Shown: positions 1-9,456 of the stretch, in pieces
Position numbering within the stretch: the first letter of the stretch is position 1
Layout of the letters: each line of letters begins with the position of its first letter
IMG/VR virus record: IMGVR_UViG_3300020152_000003
Span: 1 to 56,975 of that record
DNA: 56,975 nt
Strand: one strand, 5' to 3'
Origin: a virus
Position numbers and translations under genes: made by a program
The notes under the pieces: model-generated
Seen by the model: the letters and a program-made list of their open reading frames with translations, nothing else
The model's database searches: none
What the model was told of the DNA's origin: nothing

Positions 1-127
1 CCTGAAGCCTCGCAGCCTGCTCGGGCTGGGACAGATTGATCATTTCGCGGGCGAGTTCGTCGGCGCGGGTGCTGCGCTTGAACGTTTTCTGCCCTTCCTC
101 GATCTGGTGCAGCAATTCCGAGTGCTC
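1..127. repeat. Terminal direct repeat, left copy (contig-closure overlap or terminal redundancy)
   Basis: Read directly: cctgaagcctcgcagcc...caattccgagtgctc is identical to 56849-56975. Confidence 0.95.
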
Positions 128-1579
128 GGCATAGGTCTGGCGTGCTTTCTGCCAGACCTGACCGGCTGGCGTCTTGTCGATCTCGGCCAGCATCTCGTTT
201 TTCAGGTTCAAGAGCTCGCGCGCAAGGTCCTTGTCCGGCTTGGTCTTGTCCAGAGCCTGGGAAATGCGGCGGTCAAGCCCACGCTTGACGTAGTCCCACG
301 TTTCGGCCGTCGGGAATGCCTTCTGCGGCCCTCCCGTGAAGAAATTCCGGTTGATCGGGTTGCCGGAGATGCCAGAAAGCTCCTCCGCCAGATCGAACGC
401 GCCGGCTTTTTCGAGCCGCGGGATCAGCGCCTTGATTTCCTTGGTCGGCTGCACCGCCATGGTGCGGTACTGCTGATACAGCGGGTCGGCGCCAGTGGCG
501 CGGGCCTGCTCTACGGCCTTGGTGAGGTCGGCAAGGTTCACCTGCGGCACGGTGTTGCGGTTCAGGGACTGCTCGATGCGCTCTGCCTGCCCCGCGGCGC
601 GCTGCCTGTAGGCTTCCCGGACCACCTGCTTGTGAGGGCCGGGGATGTCAGCAAGGCCACCAGCGAGGTCCGTAGTGGCTTGATTGACGTCCGCCAGCAT
701 GCCGGCCGGGCCGAACCTCTTCTGAGCCTCGGCGATGGAGGCGGGAGTCTCACCCTCCACAGCATTGACCAGCATATTGCGGCCAGTTGAATTGACGCCA
801 GCAAGCGGTCCCGACCGTCGGGGCATCCACTCCAGTAGAGCGTTGCCGGCCTTCGAGATGCCTTCGCCGATGACCGGACCAGCCGCGCCGCCAGCCACAG
901 CAAGAGGAACCGGGCCAAAAAATCCCTGATCCAGAAGATTGTTGCCCTTGATGAGTTGGTTGACACCCTCAAGGACTCCCATGCCGCCAGCGCCCTGATA
1001 GACACGAGCACCGAGCGAATTGCCTCGCATGCCGAGCATGCGTTGGCCGATATTGGTCGCCAGTGTGTCAGCGGCTGGGGCTGATTTGTCGAAAATCCTG
1101 GGAGCAAGCCTCGTTGCAGCAGTGCCGACCGACATTCGCGCGCCGCTCATCGGCCCCAACGCCATAGTCGCACCGGTGACATCGGCAACCGGAGCGAGGA
1201 TCGGGTGCTCCTCGCCGTAAAGCTCGTTGCGCGCGTCCTGCATGGCGAGGTTTTCGCTGTAACGCTCGCCGAAGCTCTTCTTACGGGCGTCTTCGCTCAC
1301 CATCGGCTGGATGGCGGCGCCGGCAGCCGCGGCCGCCTTATCGAACAAGGGGCCGACAACGGGGATGCTGGACACCATCCGGTTGTTGAAGCCGGAGGCA
1401 TTGGCAACGTCACCGCGCGGCTTGGCCGGGCTCACATAGAGGCGCTTTTTACCCTCCGGGGCCACAACCACCTCGGCCGGGCGCTCGTAGCGGCTGAAAA
1501 CATCGTAATCCGTCGGCGCCGCGACCATGGCCGGCTTTGCATCGCGCGAATAACGATCAAAAATATCGTCACTGGCCAC
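1..1579 (-). CDS. Large internal virion / DNA-ejection protein (P22 gp16-sized), N-terminal part; the gene wraps across the contig junction to its stop at 56262
   Basis: The minus frame is open from an in-frame TAG at 1594-1592 to the window edge, in phase with ORF 56262-56963 (56963 = 115 + 56848). Candidate starts are GTG 1579 (AGGGGA 8 nt upstream) or ATG 1528. Total length is about 705-721 aa. It is the last of three ejection-protein-sized genes. Confidence 0.6.
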   Translation of the reverse strand, partial: MASDDIFDRYSRDAKPAMVAAPTDYDVFSRYERPAEVVVAPEGKKRLYVSPAKPRGDVANASGFNNRMVSSIPVVGPLFDKAAAAAGAAIQPMVSEDARKKSFGERYSENLAMQDARNELYGEEHPILAPVADVTGATMALGPMSGARMSVGTAATRLAPRIFDKSAPAADTLATNIGQRMLGMRGNSLGARVYQGAGGMGVLEGVNQLIKGNNLLDQGFFGPVPLAVAGGAAGPVIGEGISKAGNALLEWMPRRSGPLAGVNSTGRNMLVNAVEGETPASIAEAQKRFGPAGMLADVNQATTDLAGGLADIPGPHKQVVREAYRQRAAGQAERIEQSLNRNTVPQVNLADLTKAVEQARATGADPLYQQYRTMAVQPTKEIKALIPRLEKAGAFDLAEELSGISGNPINRNFFTGGPQKAFPTAETWDYVKRGLDRRISQALDKTKPDKDLARELLNLKNEMLAEIDKTPAGQVWQKARQTYAEHSELLHQIEEGQKTFKRSTRADELAREMINLSQPEQAARLQ

Positions 1580-3014
1580 GGTGCACGTCCCCTAGAAGTT
1601 TCCACTTCTCTGCGATCCGCATGCCTTCCTTGACCTTTTCGCGCTCGGCCTCGGGGAGCTTGCGGACGGCTTCCTGGCCCTTCTTGTCCATGATGTCATA
1701 GACGAAGGCGCGCGGGTCTTGACGAGTTGCCCATTGCAGCATGAAGCGGTTGAACGTGCCGGGCTGCGCTTTCCCGGCCTGAACGAGGTCGTTGAACTCC
1801 AACGCGGCGGCCTGCTGCATGCGTTCGATGCCAAGCGCCACCTTGGCGAGTTCAGTCGCGGACAGCTTGTCCATGTGCACGTTCGGGTTGGACGTGACCG
1901 CGGTGGCGAGGCCATCGTTGGTCTTAGGCCCGAGCGTGGCGGCAGCCTGTGAGGCGTATTGCGTGAAGTATTTCTTCAGCTCGTTGTAATCCCTAATCTT
2001 TTCTGGGTCTATGCCAGCCAGCTTGCCTGCGCCAAGGGTGACGGCGGTCGACTTGATGTCGTTCCATCGCTCCGATGTCGGGCCGATGTCGGTTTCCTTC
2101 ATCTTTTCGAGCAGAGGAATCGCCTGCCGCAGCGGGTTGACACGGCTGCTGAACTTGCCGGCATTTACCATGGCGTCGTTGTAGGCGACGGCGGCACCTT
2201 GAAGCGCGGTGTCCTCGCCGGGCGCCAGCTTGGTGACGGGCCGAGCCGCGCTGAACCGGTCATTGAAGCTCGGCTCGTAGAGCCCGGAACGGGCCGCCTC
2301 ATCGTCTCCAATCACCTTGGCGCTGGATGGCACCTTCGCGCGGCCGGGAGCGCCTTCTACGGGCGGCATAGCGCCGGAGGGCGCAGGAGCCGGAGCGGCG
2401 CGGGGCGCACGGACGGGCGCCGCTGGGGCCGCGGCGGGCGGTTGAATGGGAGGATTGCCGTAGACCCCCATGGTGGTCTCGCGGCCATAGTTCGGGTCGT
2501 TCGGGTTGGCGTTGATGGTCCGCTCGCCGGGCTGCAGCGTGTTCGGGATATACCCCAGCTCCCGCGGCGGGGCCCCGCCGAACGCCGGCTGCTGGATCAG
2601 CTTGGTGCCGCCACCGGTGCCGACGCCCTCGACCGTGCCGAGATAGGCCTTGCCGCGCTCCCAGGCCCCGAGCGTTTGCGCATGAACGTTCTGGATGGCC
2701 TGGCGCTGTTGCTGCGGGTCGGTCGGGAATTGCTGCATGAACTGGACGGCGTGCTGGGCAGACATGGCGTCGCCCTTAGTCAGGCGGCCGAGCGTGTCCC
2801 AAAGCTTCTTGGTGACGTCGGTCTTGCCAAGCTCTGGATCACTGAGGATGCCTGAGGCGGCGTCGTTGATCGTCTTGAACCGCTCGGTGGCCAGCTTGAT
2901 GTTGTTGGCCTCGACCGACTGCTGCTTCTGCCTGTTTTCCAGAAGCCGGTTCTGAAACTCGAACGGGTCGGCATCCGCCGCCATCTTGTAGATCGACGTA
3001 TCAACCTCGGCCAT
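1569..3014 (-). CDS. Internal virion / ejection protein (P22 gp20-sized, 481 aa)
   Basis: Long ORF with Pro/Ala-rich central linker, overlapping both neighbouring genes. Placement after the tail accessory genes matches P22 genes 7-20-16. Confidence 0.55.
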   Translation of the reverse strand: MAEVDTSIYKMAADADPFEFQNRLLENRQKQQSVEANNIKLATERFKTINDAASGILSDPELGKTDVTKKLWDTLGRLTKGDAMSAQHAVQFMQQFPTDPQQQRQAIQNVHAQTLGAWERGKAYLGTVEGVGTGGGTKLIQQPAFGGAPPRELGYIPNTLQPGERTINANPNDPNYGRETTMGVYGNPPIQPPAAAPAAPVRAPRAAPAPAPSGAMPPVEGAPGRAKVPSSAKVIGDDEAARSGLYEPSFNDRFSAARPVTKLAPGEDTALQGAAVAYNDAMVNAGKFSSRVNPLRQAIPLLEKMKETDIGPTSERWNDIKSTAVTLGAGKLAGIDPEKIRDYNELKKYFTQYASQAAATLGPKTNDGLATAVTSNPNVHMDKLSATELAKVALGIERMQQAAALEFNDLVQAGKAQPGTFNRFMLQWATRQDPRAFVYDIMDKKGQEAVRKLPEAEREKVKEGMRIAEKWKLLGDVHRGQ

Positions 3015-3787
3015 TAGTACAGTCCTCCGGCCTTGGTCGGATCGCCGACGGCGCCATACATGCCGTAATTGCCGAACGGATTGGACCCGCCGCCACCGAA
3101 CATACTGGCCGCCGAGCCGAAGATGTTACCGATCTGCTTGCCGGTGGCGAGATCGGCCGCTGCCTGTGCGTTGCCGGCGCCGATCGTATTGCCGGACAGC
3201 GTGTTGCCGACAGCCTGCGTATTGCCCAATGCGGCATTGCCGGCCGACGTCCCGGCGCTGGCATAGGTGCCGGCCGCGGTCATGCCGGGCTGCGCGGAAT
3301 TGAGCAGAAAGTTGAACGCGTTCTGCTTGTTGATGTTCGCGTTGTTGAATTGGTTCTGATAGGTCGAGTCCGCGAGGCCAGTGGCATAGCGCGCCGCAGC
3401 CTTGGCCTGCGCGCCGGACATGCCCGAGGCCACGCCAGACAGGTTCACGCCGCGGATGCCCTGCTCCAGGTTGAACTGGTAGCCAGGCGTTGCCTCCAAC
3501 GCCTTCTGGTCCATCACGATCGGCTTGACGAGGTCGGGGATGGCCGCGAGCAGGTTGTTGTAGGCGCTCGATCCCTGCCCGGCGATTGACGCCAGATCCT
3601 TAGTGCTGGTGTCGAAATACTGCTTCTGGGTGTCGAGGCCCTTCTGCTGCTGTTGCAGGGCAAGCGCATTGGCCTTCTCGGTGGCTTCCTTCTGCGCCTT
3701 CGCCGCGGACTGGGCGCCGAAGATGTTGGAAGCGGCGCTGCCGATACCGGCAATGCCGGAGACCACTCCGGAGATTGGATCAGGCAT
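3014..3787 (-). CDS. Gly/Ala/Asn/Gln-rich internal virion / ejection protein (P22 gp7-sized, 257 aa)
   Basis: Internal ATG at 3787 (MPDPISGVVSG...) overlaps the upstream stop by 8 nt. The upstream extension of the tracked ORF is Arg/Ser/Pro junk. Confidence 0.55.
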   Translation of the reverse strand: MPDPISGVVSGIAGIGSAASNIFGAQSAAKAQKEATEKANALALQQQQKGLDTQKQYFDTSTKDLASIAGQGSSAYNNLLAAIPDLVKPIVMDQKALEATPGYQFNLEQGIRGVNLSGVASGMSGAQAKAAARYATGLADSTYQNQFNNANINKQNAFNFLLNSAQPGMTAAGTYASAGTSAGNAALGNTQAVGNTLSGNTIGAGNAQAAADLATGKQIGNIFGSAASMFGGGGSNPFGNYGMYGAVGDPTKAGGLY

Positions 3788-4229
3788 CAAAGGACTCCAG
3801 GCTTTCGCCGTAGAAGCGATAAATCTCAGGGCCGATCTGGGCGGCCCAATCCAGCCCGCCGCAGAGCACGGCGCAGGCGTGGAAGAGCTGATAGAGCGAG
3901 GCGCGGAGCATGTAGGCCTTCTCGCGGTCGCCGCTGATCGGGCGGGCCTCCATGGCATTCGCCGACGCCCACTGCCCCCACGCCATCACCATGATGGGGT
4001 GGAGGAAACTGAAGTTGGCGCGATAGAACTCGTTGGCCGGCATCTCGAGCACAGCCTTGCGGCAGATGCGGTCGGCTTCCGTGCTGGACACGGGCTTGTC
4101 GGCGTCCACAAGGTCGTCCCAGAGGTGCGCGATCTCGGTCATGTCGGCGCAGAAGCGTGCTGCGGTCTCGTTGCCCTTGAACCAGCGGCCGAAGGCCTTG
4201 GTGAGCGCGATCTGGTCTTCCTGCGTCAT
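3780..4229 (-). CDS. Hypothetical virion-module protein (149 aa)
   Basis: The start MTQEDQIALTK at 4229 forms an ATGA overlap with the stop of 4226-4579. Confidence 0.55.
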   Translation of the reverse strand: MTQEDQIALTKAFGRWFKGNETAARFCADMTEIAHLWDDLVDADKPVSSTEADRICRKAVLEMPANEFYRANFSFLHPIMVMAWGQWASANAMEARPISGDREKAYMLRASLYQLFHACAVLCGGLDWAAQIGPEIYRFYGESLESFDA

Positions 4230-4579
4230 GCGCGCGCACTCGGGACAAAGGTCATGGTCGGAGCCACCGCGTAGATCACGGTGACGGTGTCGCCGGCCGC
4301 CATCGGAATGAACTGGTCGGGCTGGCATGTGATTGAGACGCCGGAGCGGGTGAGCACGATGCTCGACACCGTCCCGCCTGTGACGAACAGGTTGCCGATG
4401 GTTGTGGCCGTGAACGTGAACGGCGAGGCCCCCACTGCCGGCACAACCATCGGGCTCTCTGCCGTCAATTGCGCGAGGCGCACGAGGAACATGTACCAGG
4501 TGTTGGCCAGCTTCCCAGTCTTGGGGTCCGTAGCCGGCAACACCGGGCTCGGTGGGCCAAATGTCGGGTTTGTGCTCAC
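4226..4579 (-). CDS. Hypothetical tail-associated protein (117 aa)
   Basis: ORF with 4-nt overlaps to both neighbours. It sits immediately after the gp10-like gene. Confidence 0.5.
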   Translation of the reverse strand: MSTNPTFGPPSPVLPATDPKTGKLANTWYMFLVRLAQLTAESPMVVPAVGASPFTFTATTIGNLFVTGGTVSSIVLTRSGVSITCQPDQFIPMAAGDTVTVIYAVAPTMTFVPSARA

Positions 4580-6090
4580 GTCTCAGCCTGTTCCGGCTCG
4601 GGCCACAGGAACGCGCCGTTCAGCGCGGTCTTGCACGGCACCGCCCATTCCAGTTCGAACACGCCATCCCGCGCGATGCCGCAGCTGTCCCACTTCAGGA
4701 TCTGGCCGTACTGGCCGGTGGTGCCGAGCGAGCGCTGCCGCTTGTTGCCAAACGTCTTTCCGCGCGTGTTCGAAAACCGCATGGTGACAATCGGCGTGCC
4801 CTGATCCAGGAACGGGCCGAAGGCGGAGCTGAACCCGGACGCCCATGGGTTGGCCGTTGCCGCGCCGTCATCGTCGATCAGCATGTTGGGCACCTCGCCC
4901 ACGTCCATGTCGGCCATGAACCCGGGATAGGAGACCTCGTTGCCCTGCGCCCCGAGATGCGGGAACCCGCGGATGCAGACGATCGGGAATGTGTTGTCGG
5001 TGAACGTGTCCTGGTCGAGGGCGTAGAGATCGCCTCTCTTCCAGTCGATCATGACGTTGGTGTTGTACATATAGGCCGAGAGGAAGCCGTTCAGCCTGTG
5101 ATGGTTGCCGTTGACGTCAATGGATGAATACTGATTCCATTGGTCATTGCTGAGGTCATAGACCCAGCTCTTGTCGGCCGACGGGAAATCGATCTGGTAG
5201 AAGGTGTGGCCGATGATCTGGTAACAGTAGCCGACGGCGTCCGACCACTTGGTGTATTGCTGGATTTCGTTGTCGATGGCGAAGGTCGAGACCTTCTGCA
5301 CCGAGTAATCGGCTGATCCGCGCGCAATCCACGGCCTGCCGTCCTTGTCCTGGGTCAGCCAGAACAGGAATTTGTCGGTCTGGCCGATCGAATACGTCGC
5401 AGCCACGCCATGCTCAATGATGACGTTTGGCAGTTGCTGCCACGGGAAGTCGACATTGCCGGAATAGTACCAGACCTCGCCCTTCTTGGTGCCGAGCAGC
5501 CAGAGCTGGTCATTGAGTGCGGCTGCCGCCACCAGCGGGTCTGCGCTCGATGTCTTTTGGCCGAAGTCCAGAGCGTCCCACGTGATCGCGTTGGGGCCGG
5601 AAATGTAAAACTGGTTGGTCCCAGGCCTATTGAGGGCGAAAAATGTCCTGATGTAGTTGACCCAGTTCCCGCCGTAGAAAGCTGGATCGCTGATGGTGGA
5701 AAACGCCTTCGACTGGATGTCGATGGTGTATCCGGCTGTGGTGCCGTCGACCAACAGCACGGTTGTGCCATTGTCCGACATCGACACAATCGACGTCCCG
5801 GCCGCAATGGCGCCGATCGCCGTCAGGTTGAAACTCGGGTCGATGTAGTAGACGACCTGCCCGGCCACCATGTAGCCGTTGCCCTGACTGTCGCAGTAGA
5901 CACAGCGGCCGATGCCGAAAGTGGGGGCCTCGATGAGGCGGCGCAGCCCCGGCCGCGGGTACAGGGTGAACGGGACGGGCGGGTTGGCCTCCGGCGGGTT
6001 GGTCTCGCAATAGAGGTTGATCGAGCGCTGCGCGTTGGCGATGATCGATCGCGCCTGGTAGGCGCCGGACGTGAGGGCAATGCGGCTCAC
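4576..6090 (-). CDS. Packaged-DNA stabilisation / tail accessory factor, P22 gp10-like (504 aa)
   Basis: Size, position after the gp4-like gene and a beta-rich repetitive composition resembling the phage stabilisation protein family. GTG start with GTGA overlap. Confidence 0.55.
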   Translation of the reverse strand: MSRIALTSGAYQARSIIANAQRSINLYCETNPPEANPPVPFTLYPRPGLRRLIEAPTFGIGRCVYCDSQGNGYMVAGQVVYYIDPSFNLTAIGAIAAGTSIVSMSDNGTTVLLVDGTTAGYTIDIQSKAFSTISDPAFYGGNWVNYIRTFFALNRPGTNQFYISGPNAITWDALDFGQKTSSADPLVAAAALNDQLWLLGTKKGEVWYYSGNVDFPWQQLPNVIIEHGVAATYSIGQTDKFLFWLTQDKDGRPWIARGSADYSVQKVSTFAIDNEIQQYTKWSDAVGYCYQIIGHTFYQIDFPSADKSWVYDLSNDQWNQYSSIDVNGNHHRLNGFLSAYMYNTNVMIDWKRGDLYALDQDTFTDNTFPIVCIRGFPHLGAQGNEVSYPGFMADMDVGEVPNMLIDDDGAATANPWASGFSSAFGPFLDQGTPIVTMRFSNTRGKTFGNKRQRSLGTTGQYGQILKWDSCGIARDGVFELEWAVPCKTALNGAFLWPEPEQAET

Positions 6091-6692
6091 GCTGCCCTAC
6101 TCTTCGTATAGGCAGAGTTCTGAATGAAAAGCCGCTCTCCGGACCAGCCGGCGCCGACCCGATAGGCCATTGCCCGCCATGTGATGCCGGCAATCTTCGC
6201 GGCATCCTGCATGGTCATGCGCCCGCGGCATGTGTTGATGTAGACGTTTGATTTTTGATTGCGATTCTGCGCGGCCGGTGTTGCCCAGTGGCAATTCCCC
6301 AGCTCATAGTTTCCGTCGTTATCCTCGCGCTCAATGGTCAGGCCAGGCTGATATGTCGGCCCCATATCCGCATAGAAGTTCTCAAATCGGTGCCAGCGCT
6401 CGCAGACCTTGATGCCGCGACCACCATAGCGGTCATAGAATTTGAATTTTGGATTGTAGCAGCGCGACTTCATGCCATTCCAAACGGCGTAGATCGGCGA
6501 ATAGGACATGCCGTGCGCAACACGTGTGGCTCCCGGCCCTTTTTGGCATTTGCAGCTCAACCCGCGCGGCTTGCTTAAGCGATGCTCGGGGAATGAGCGC
6601 TCAACGCCACACTCGCACTTACCGACCCACCGTTTTGAATGGTGGTCATCCGCGCGAACTATGGTCCAGCAATTAAACCTGCGATCAATCAT
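6087..6692 (-). CDS. Degenerate HNH_3/AP2-type homing-endonuclease-like DNA-binding protein (201 aa), paralogue of 55364-56026
   Basis: Motifs YDRYGGRGIKVCERWHRFENFYADMG and EREDNDGNYELGNCHWATPAAQNRN, with a C-terminal HTH-like segment. 4-nt overlaps on both sides. Confidence 0.6.
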   Translation of the reverse strand: MIDRRFNCWTIVRADDHHSKRWVGKCECGVERSFPEHRLSKPRGLSCKCQKGPGATRVAHGMSYSPIYAVWNGMKSRCYNPKFKFYDRYGGRGIKVCERWHRFENFYADMGPTYQPGLTIEREDNDGNYELGNCHWATPAAQNRNQKSNVYINTCRGRMTMQDAAKIAGITWRAMAYRVGAGWSGERLFIQNSAYTKSRAA

Positions 6693-7444
6693 GGCACATT
6701 CGTCGAAGAGTCATTCCACGGGTTGTAGACTCCCTGAGACCCGCCAAGGCCTCCAGGAAGCGCCAGCGATGGCACCTGGACCGCAGCCGAGCGGATTGTC
6801 TTGAGCCCGTCGGCGGCCTTGTCGTCGATGGTCTCTGACTTCGGAAGCCGCCACTCGGCCCGGCACTCGCTCGCCAGATTCCATCGCATCGCGTAGCTGT
6901 ACTGCGGCGGCAGGACGATATTGGTCGCCGGGGTGACAAGCACCGGGAGGATGGTTCGTGTACCGAAATGGAGCTGGTATCTCGTGGCGTCGTTCGGAAT
7001 CGGAACCGGATAGATTTTCCCGAGCGGGAAGCTGGAGTCGTAGAAGAACGCCATGGGCTGGGTTTGCAGCGTCTTCAACGCAACGCCCTTGGCGTAGTCC
7101 TCATACGAGTAGATCTGCTGCAGCGGGATATCGACCGGGAGGTTGCCCGGGCTGCCGCCACCTCCGCCGTTGAGTAGGCGGACATATCCCCACTCGATGC
7201 GGTCGGGGCGCGCGGTCACATCGACGGTCCCACCGGGCCCGATCGTGTAGGACTGTGCCCCCGTCACCGTGATGGAATGATCGATCTCGGCATAGTTCAG
7301 CCAGCGCTTGGCGGACCATAGCGCCAGCAGATCGTTCAGGAGCACCAGGGCACGGCTGATCTGGTCGGCTGAAGGCGGGTTGCCAACACCGAGAACGCCG
7401 GCGCGGATCAGCGCAGACGTGCAGATGTCCGTGCCTGTGGGCAT
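6689..7444 (-). CDS. Head-completion / tail accessory factor, P22 gp4-like (251 aa)
   Basis: The N-terminus ICTSALIRAGVLGVG...ALVLLNDLLALW resembles P22 gp4 LVRAALRKLGVAS...DDLEAMMAEW. Position matches, downstream of the coat gene. Confidence 0.5.
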   Translation of the reverse strand: MPTGTDICTSALIRAGVLGVGNPPSADQISRALVLLNDLLALWSAKRWLNYAEIDHSITVTGAQSYTIGPGGTVDVTARPDRIEWGYVRLLNGGGGGSPGNLPVDIPLQQIYSYEDYAKGVALKTLQTQPMAFFYDSSFPLGKIYPVPIPNDATRYQLHFGTRTILPVLVTPATNIVLPPQYSYAMRWNLASECRAEWRLPKSETIDDKAADGLKTIRSAAVQVPSLALPGGLGGSQGVYNPWNDSSTNVP

Positions 7445-7764
7445 CAGGAGGCCTTGCGGTGGGCGGAGCGGCGCGGCTCGCCAGTAAGGTCATTGACAGG
7501 CTCGGCGGCCTCGATGGCGGCGTGGACCACCTTGTTCTTGAACCAGGCTTCGTCGCGCGGGTTCTGCGCAATGATCTCGTTGCCGCCCTTGTCCTTTCCT
7601 AGGATCTTCGGATAGACGGCGAGCTCCTTCATCCGCTCGAACTCCGCCTTGTCCTTGGCGATCAAGGCCTCGCCGTCGGCGGTCATGCCGACATATTTGG
7701 GCCATGCCTTGTACTCGTAATCGGGAAATTCCTGACCCCAATCGGGGATGGCAGAACGTGGCAT
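7444..7764 (-). CDS. Hypothetical head-module protein (106 aa)
   Basis: ORF with GGAG RBS directly after the coat-gene terminator. Confidence 0.55.
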   Translation of the reverse strand: MPRSAIPDWGQEFPDYEYKAWPKYVGMTADGEALIAKDKAEFERMKELAVYPKILGKDKGGNEIIAQNPRDEAWFKNKVVHAAIEAAEPVNDLTGEPRRSAHRKAS

Positions 7765-7776
7765 AGTAGCTCCATG

Positions 7777-7807
7777 AAAAAACGGGCGGGGACAATCCCC
7801 GCCCGCC
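7777..7807 (-). terminator. Intrinsic terminator downstream of the coat gene
   Basis: On the minus strand CGGGCGGGGA-ttg-TCCCCGCCCG is followed by TTTTTT, 12 nt after the coat stop codon. Confidence 0.8.
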
Positions 7808-7819
7808 GTAGATCAGGCC

Positions 7820-9046
7820 TCAGATGGCGTCGTAGACGCCGACCATCCACTCAGGGCGGATGGCGAGATAGCCGAACAGCACGTCATCGCGGTTGATGGC
7901 CTGGTCCGAGCCCGGCAGGTAGGCCGAGATCGAGCGCATCGAGATGCCGTCGTACTGGGCGCGGGCCGAGTCGATCACGCCCTTGGTGGGCATGTAGAGG
8001 TCGGCCGTGACCATGGTGATGGCTTCCGGAGCATAGGCCAGCGACTTGCGGTAGGTCGCGCTCGCCGCGGTGTAGAGCGAGATCGCCGCGCCGTCGGCCG
8101 GAGCGGAAACCACGGTCTGGTACTGGGTGTCGGAGCCGCCCGCGCCCTGCGCCACGATGGCGGGATAGATCGAGAGCGAGGTGGCGCCCGAGGCCGCATC
8201 CGCCGTCACGACGAACTGGCGCGACATGCCGGTGGACTGCTTGGTGACGCGGTTGACCGCCGTCACGCCGGCGATGGTGATGACGTCACCCTGCTTGAGC
8301 GTGCCGGTGATGGCGTTGGTGACCAGCGTGTTGCCGGACTGGTCGGCGCCGTTGACCGTGCCTGCGGTGAACGTGCCGGCCGTGTGCTTGATCACGGTCT
8401 GGTCGCGCATCCAGGAGAAGCCCAGCGCCTGCTTCATGGAGCCGTAGGCATACTGCTCGCTGATGGCAGGCTGCGGGTTGAACAGGCCAGCCAGCGAGGT
8501 CGAGGTGCGGGCGTCGGTCCACGGGTCGTTGACGATCTTGCGGTCGCCCTTGGTGCCCATCATCGGGGCCGAGTTGTCGTCCAGGATCGCTCCGGCCTGC
8601 ACGAAGGTGGTCGCGTTCGGGGAGATGATCGTGGTGCCGTTGAAGTTGGCGATGGCATTCGCGGCGGACTCGCCGATCGAGGTCATCACGGTCTTGGCGA
8701 CGTTGCCGGCCAGGTTGTTCATCTTCGGCTTGGCGATGCGCTCGGCATAGTCGTCGAGGGACAGGGCCATTTCCGCCGTGGTGAAGCCGGTATCGACGTG
8801 GCGCTGGGTCGCGACCGTGAGCGTGGTCTGCTGCTCGGCGGTGTCCTGCAGCGACAGGCCCGGACCGTCGGTCACGGTGTAGTCGTTGGGCAGGCGGACG
8901 CGCAGAGTGGCGCCGATCTTCGCGCCGGTGACAGCGAACTGGCTGTCATACTGGCGGTCGATGTTCTTGATGAAGGCGTTGGAGTTGATGAACAGGCGGA
9001 TCGACTTGCGGGTGATCTCAAGCCGCGTGAGAAGGGTATTCGACAT
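7820..9046 (-). CDS. Major capsid protein, P22 coat-protein family (408 aa)
   Basis: Size and position after the scaffold gene. Very high third-position GC. Segments GDVITIAGV...FVVTAD and the C-terminal LAIRPEWMVGV parallel P22 gp5 GDKISFAGV...FSVVRV and ...RPEAIGVG. Confidence 0.75.
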   Translation of the reverse strand: MSNTLLTRLEITRKSIRLFINSNAFIKNIDRQYDSQFAVTGAKIGATLRVRLPNDYTVTDGPGLSLQDTAEQQTTLTVATQRHVDTGFTTAEMALSLDDYAERIAKPKMNNLAGNVAKTVMTSIGESAANAIANFNGTTIISPNATTFVQAGAILDDNSAPMMGTKGDRKIVNDPWTDARTSTSLAGLFNPQPAISEQYAYGSMKQALGFSWMRDQTVIKHTAGTFTAGTVNGADQSGNTLVTNAITGTLKQGDVITIAGVTAVNRVTKQSTGMSRQFVVTADAASGATSLSIYPAIVAQGAGGSDTQYQTVVSAPADGAAISLYTAASATYRKSLAYAPEAITMVTADLYMPTKGVIDSARAQYDGISMRSISAYLPGSDQAINRDDVLFGYLAIRPEWMVGVYDAI

Positions 9047-9247
9047 GGAGGAATGCCTCGGGGCATGCGTCTGCGGACGCTTCCGAGCGCCGCCAGACTG
9101 TGAGTTTTGGGGTGATCCTCACTCGCCCGAGCTGTGAGGAATTGGCGGGCGCAAACGCACTTGACCCTAGCGGCGGGGCGGGAGCACGAGGCCCGCGGAT
9201 ACGTGCAACTACGTCGCTTTAAGCCGCGATCGAGGGCTAGATGGCAG

Positions 9248-9454
9248 TTAGGCCGCGCAGAACGCGGACCCGTCAGGCAGAACCACCGGAGCGCTCTCCG
9301 GCTTTAGATGATCGTGCATCGCCATCATCGCGTTGGCGAACCACCCGATCATGGTCTCCTCATCAACATTGGAGTTCGGGTTGCACTCCATGAAGAACCT
9401 CGCCCAAGCCCGAGCGTCCGGGTTGGTGTGTATCGTCAGATCGTAGTAGGCCAT
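9248..9454 (-). CDS. Hypothetical small protein (68 aa) between scaffold and coat
   Basis: Internal ATG 9454 (MAYYDLTIH...) lies 2 nt after the scaffold stop. Confidence 0.5.
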   Translation of the reverse strand: MAYYDLTIHTNPDARAWARFFMECNPNSNVDEETMIGWFANAMMAMHDHLKPESAPVVLPDGSAFCAA

Positions 9455-9456
9455 GC

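Noticed and set aside
107-1107. Tracked ORFs 107-790(+) and 562-1107(-) as genes
   Set aside because: Their composition is Arg/Leu/Gly/Ser-rich shadow-frame. A different minus frame is open across the whole 1-1594 interval and joins in phase with 56262-56963 across the circular junction. That frame gives a sensible protein.
8384-9103. 239-aa plus-strand ORF, and other antisense ORFs inside the coat, portal, terminase, exonuclease (30055-30831) and tail genes
   Set aside because: All lie opposite genes with very high third-position GC and clear family motifs. Their composition (Arg/Gly/Val/Asp runs) is typical of antisense frames.
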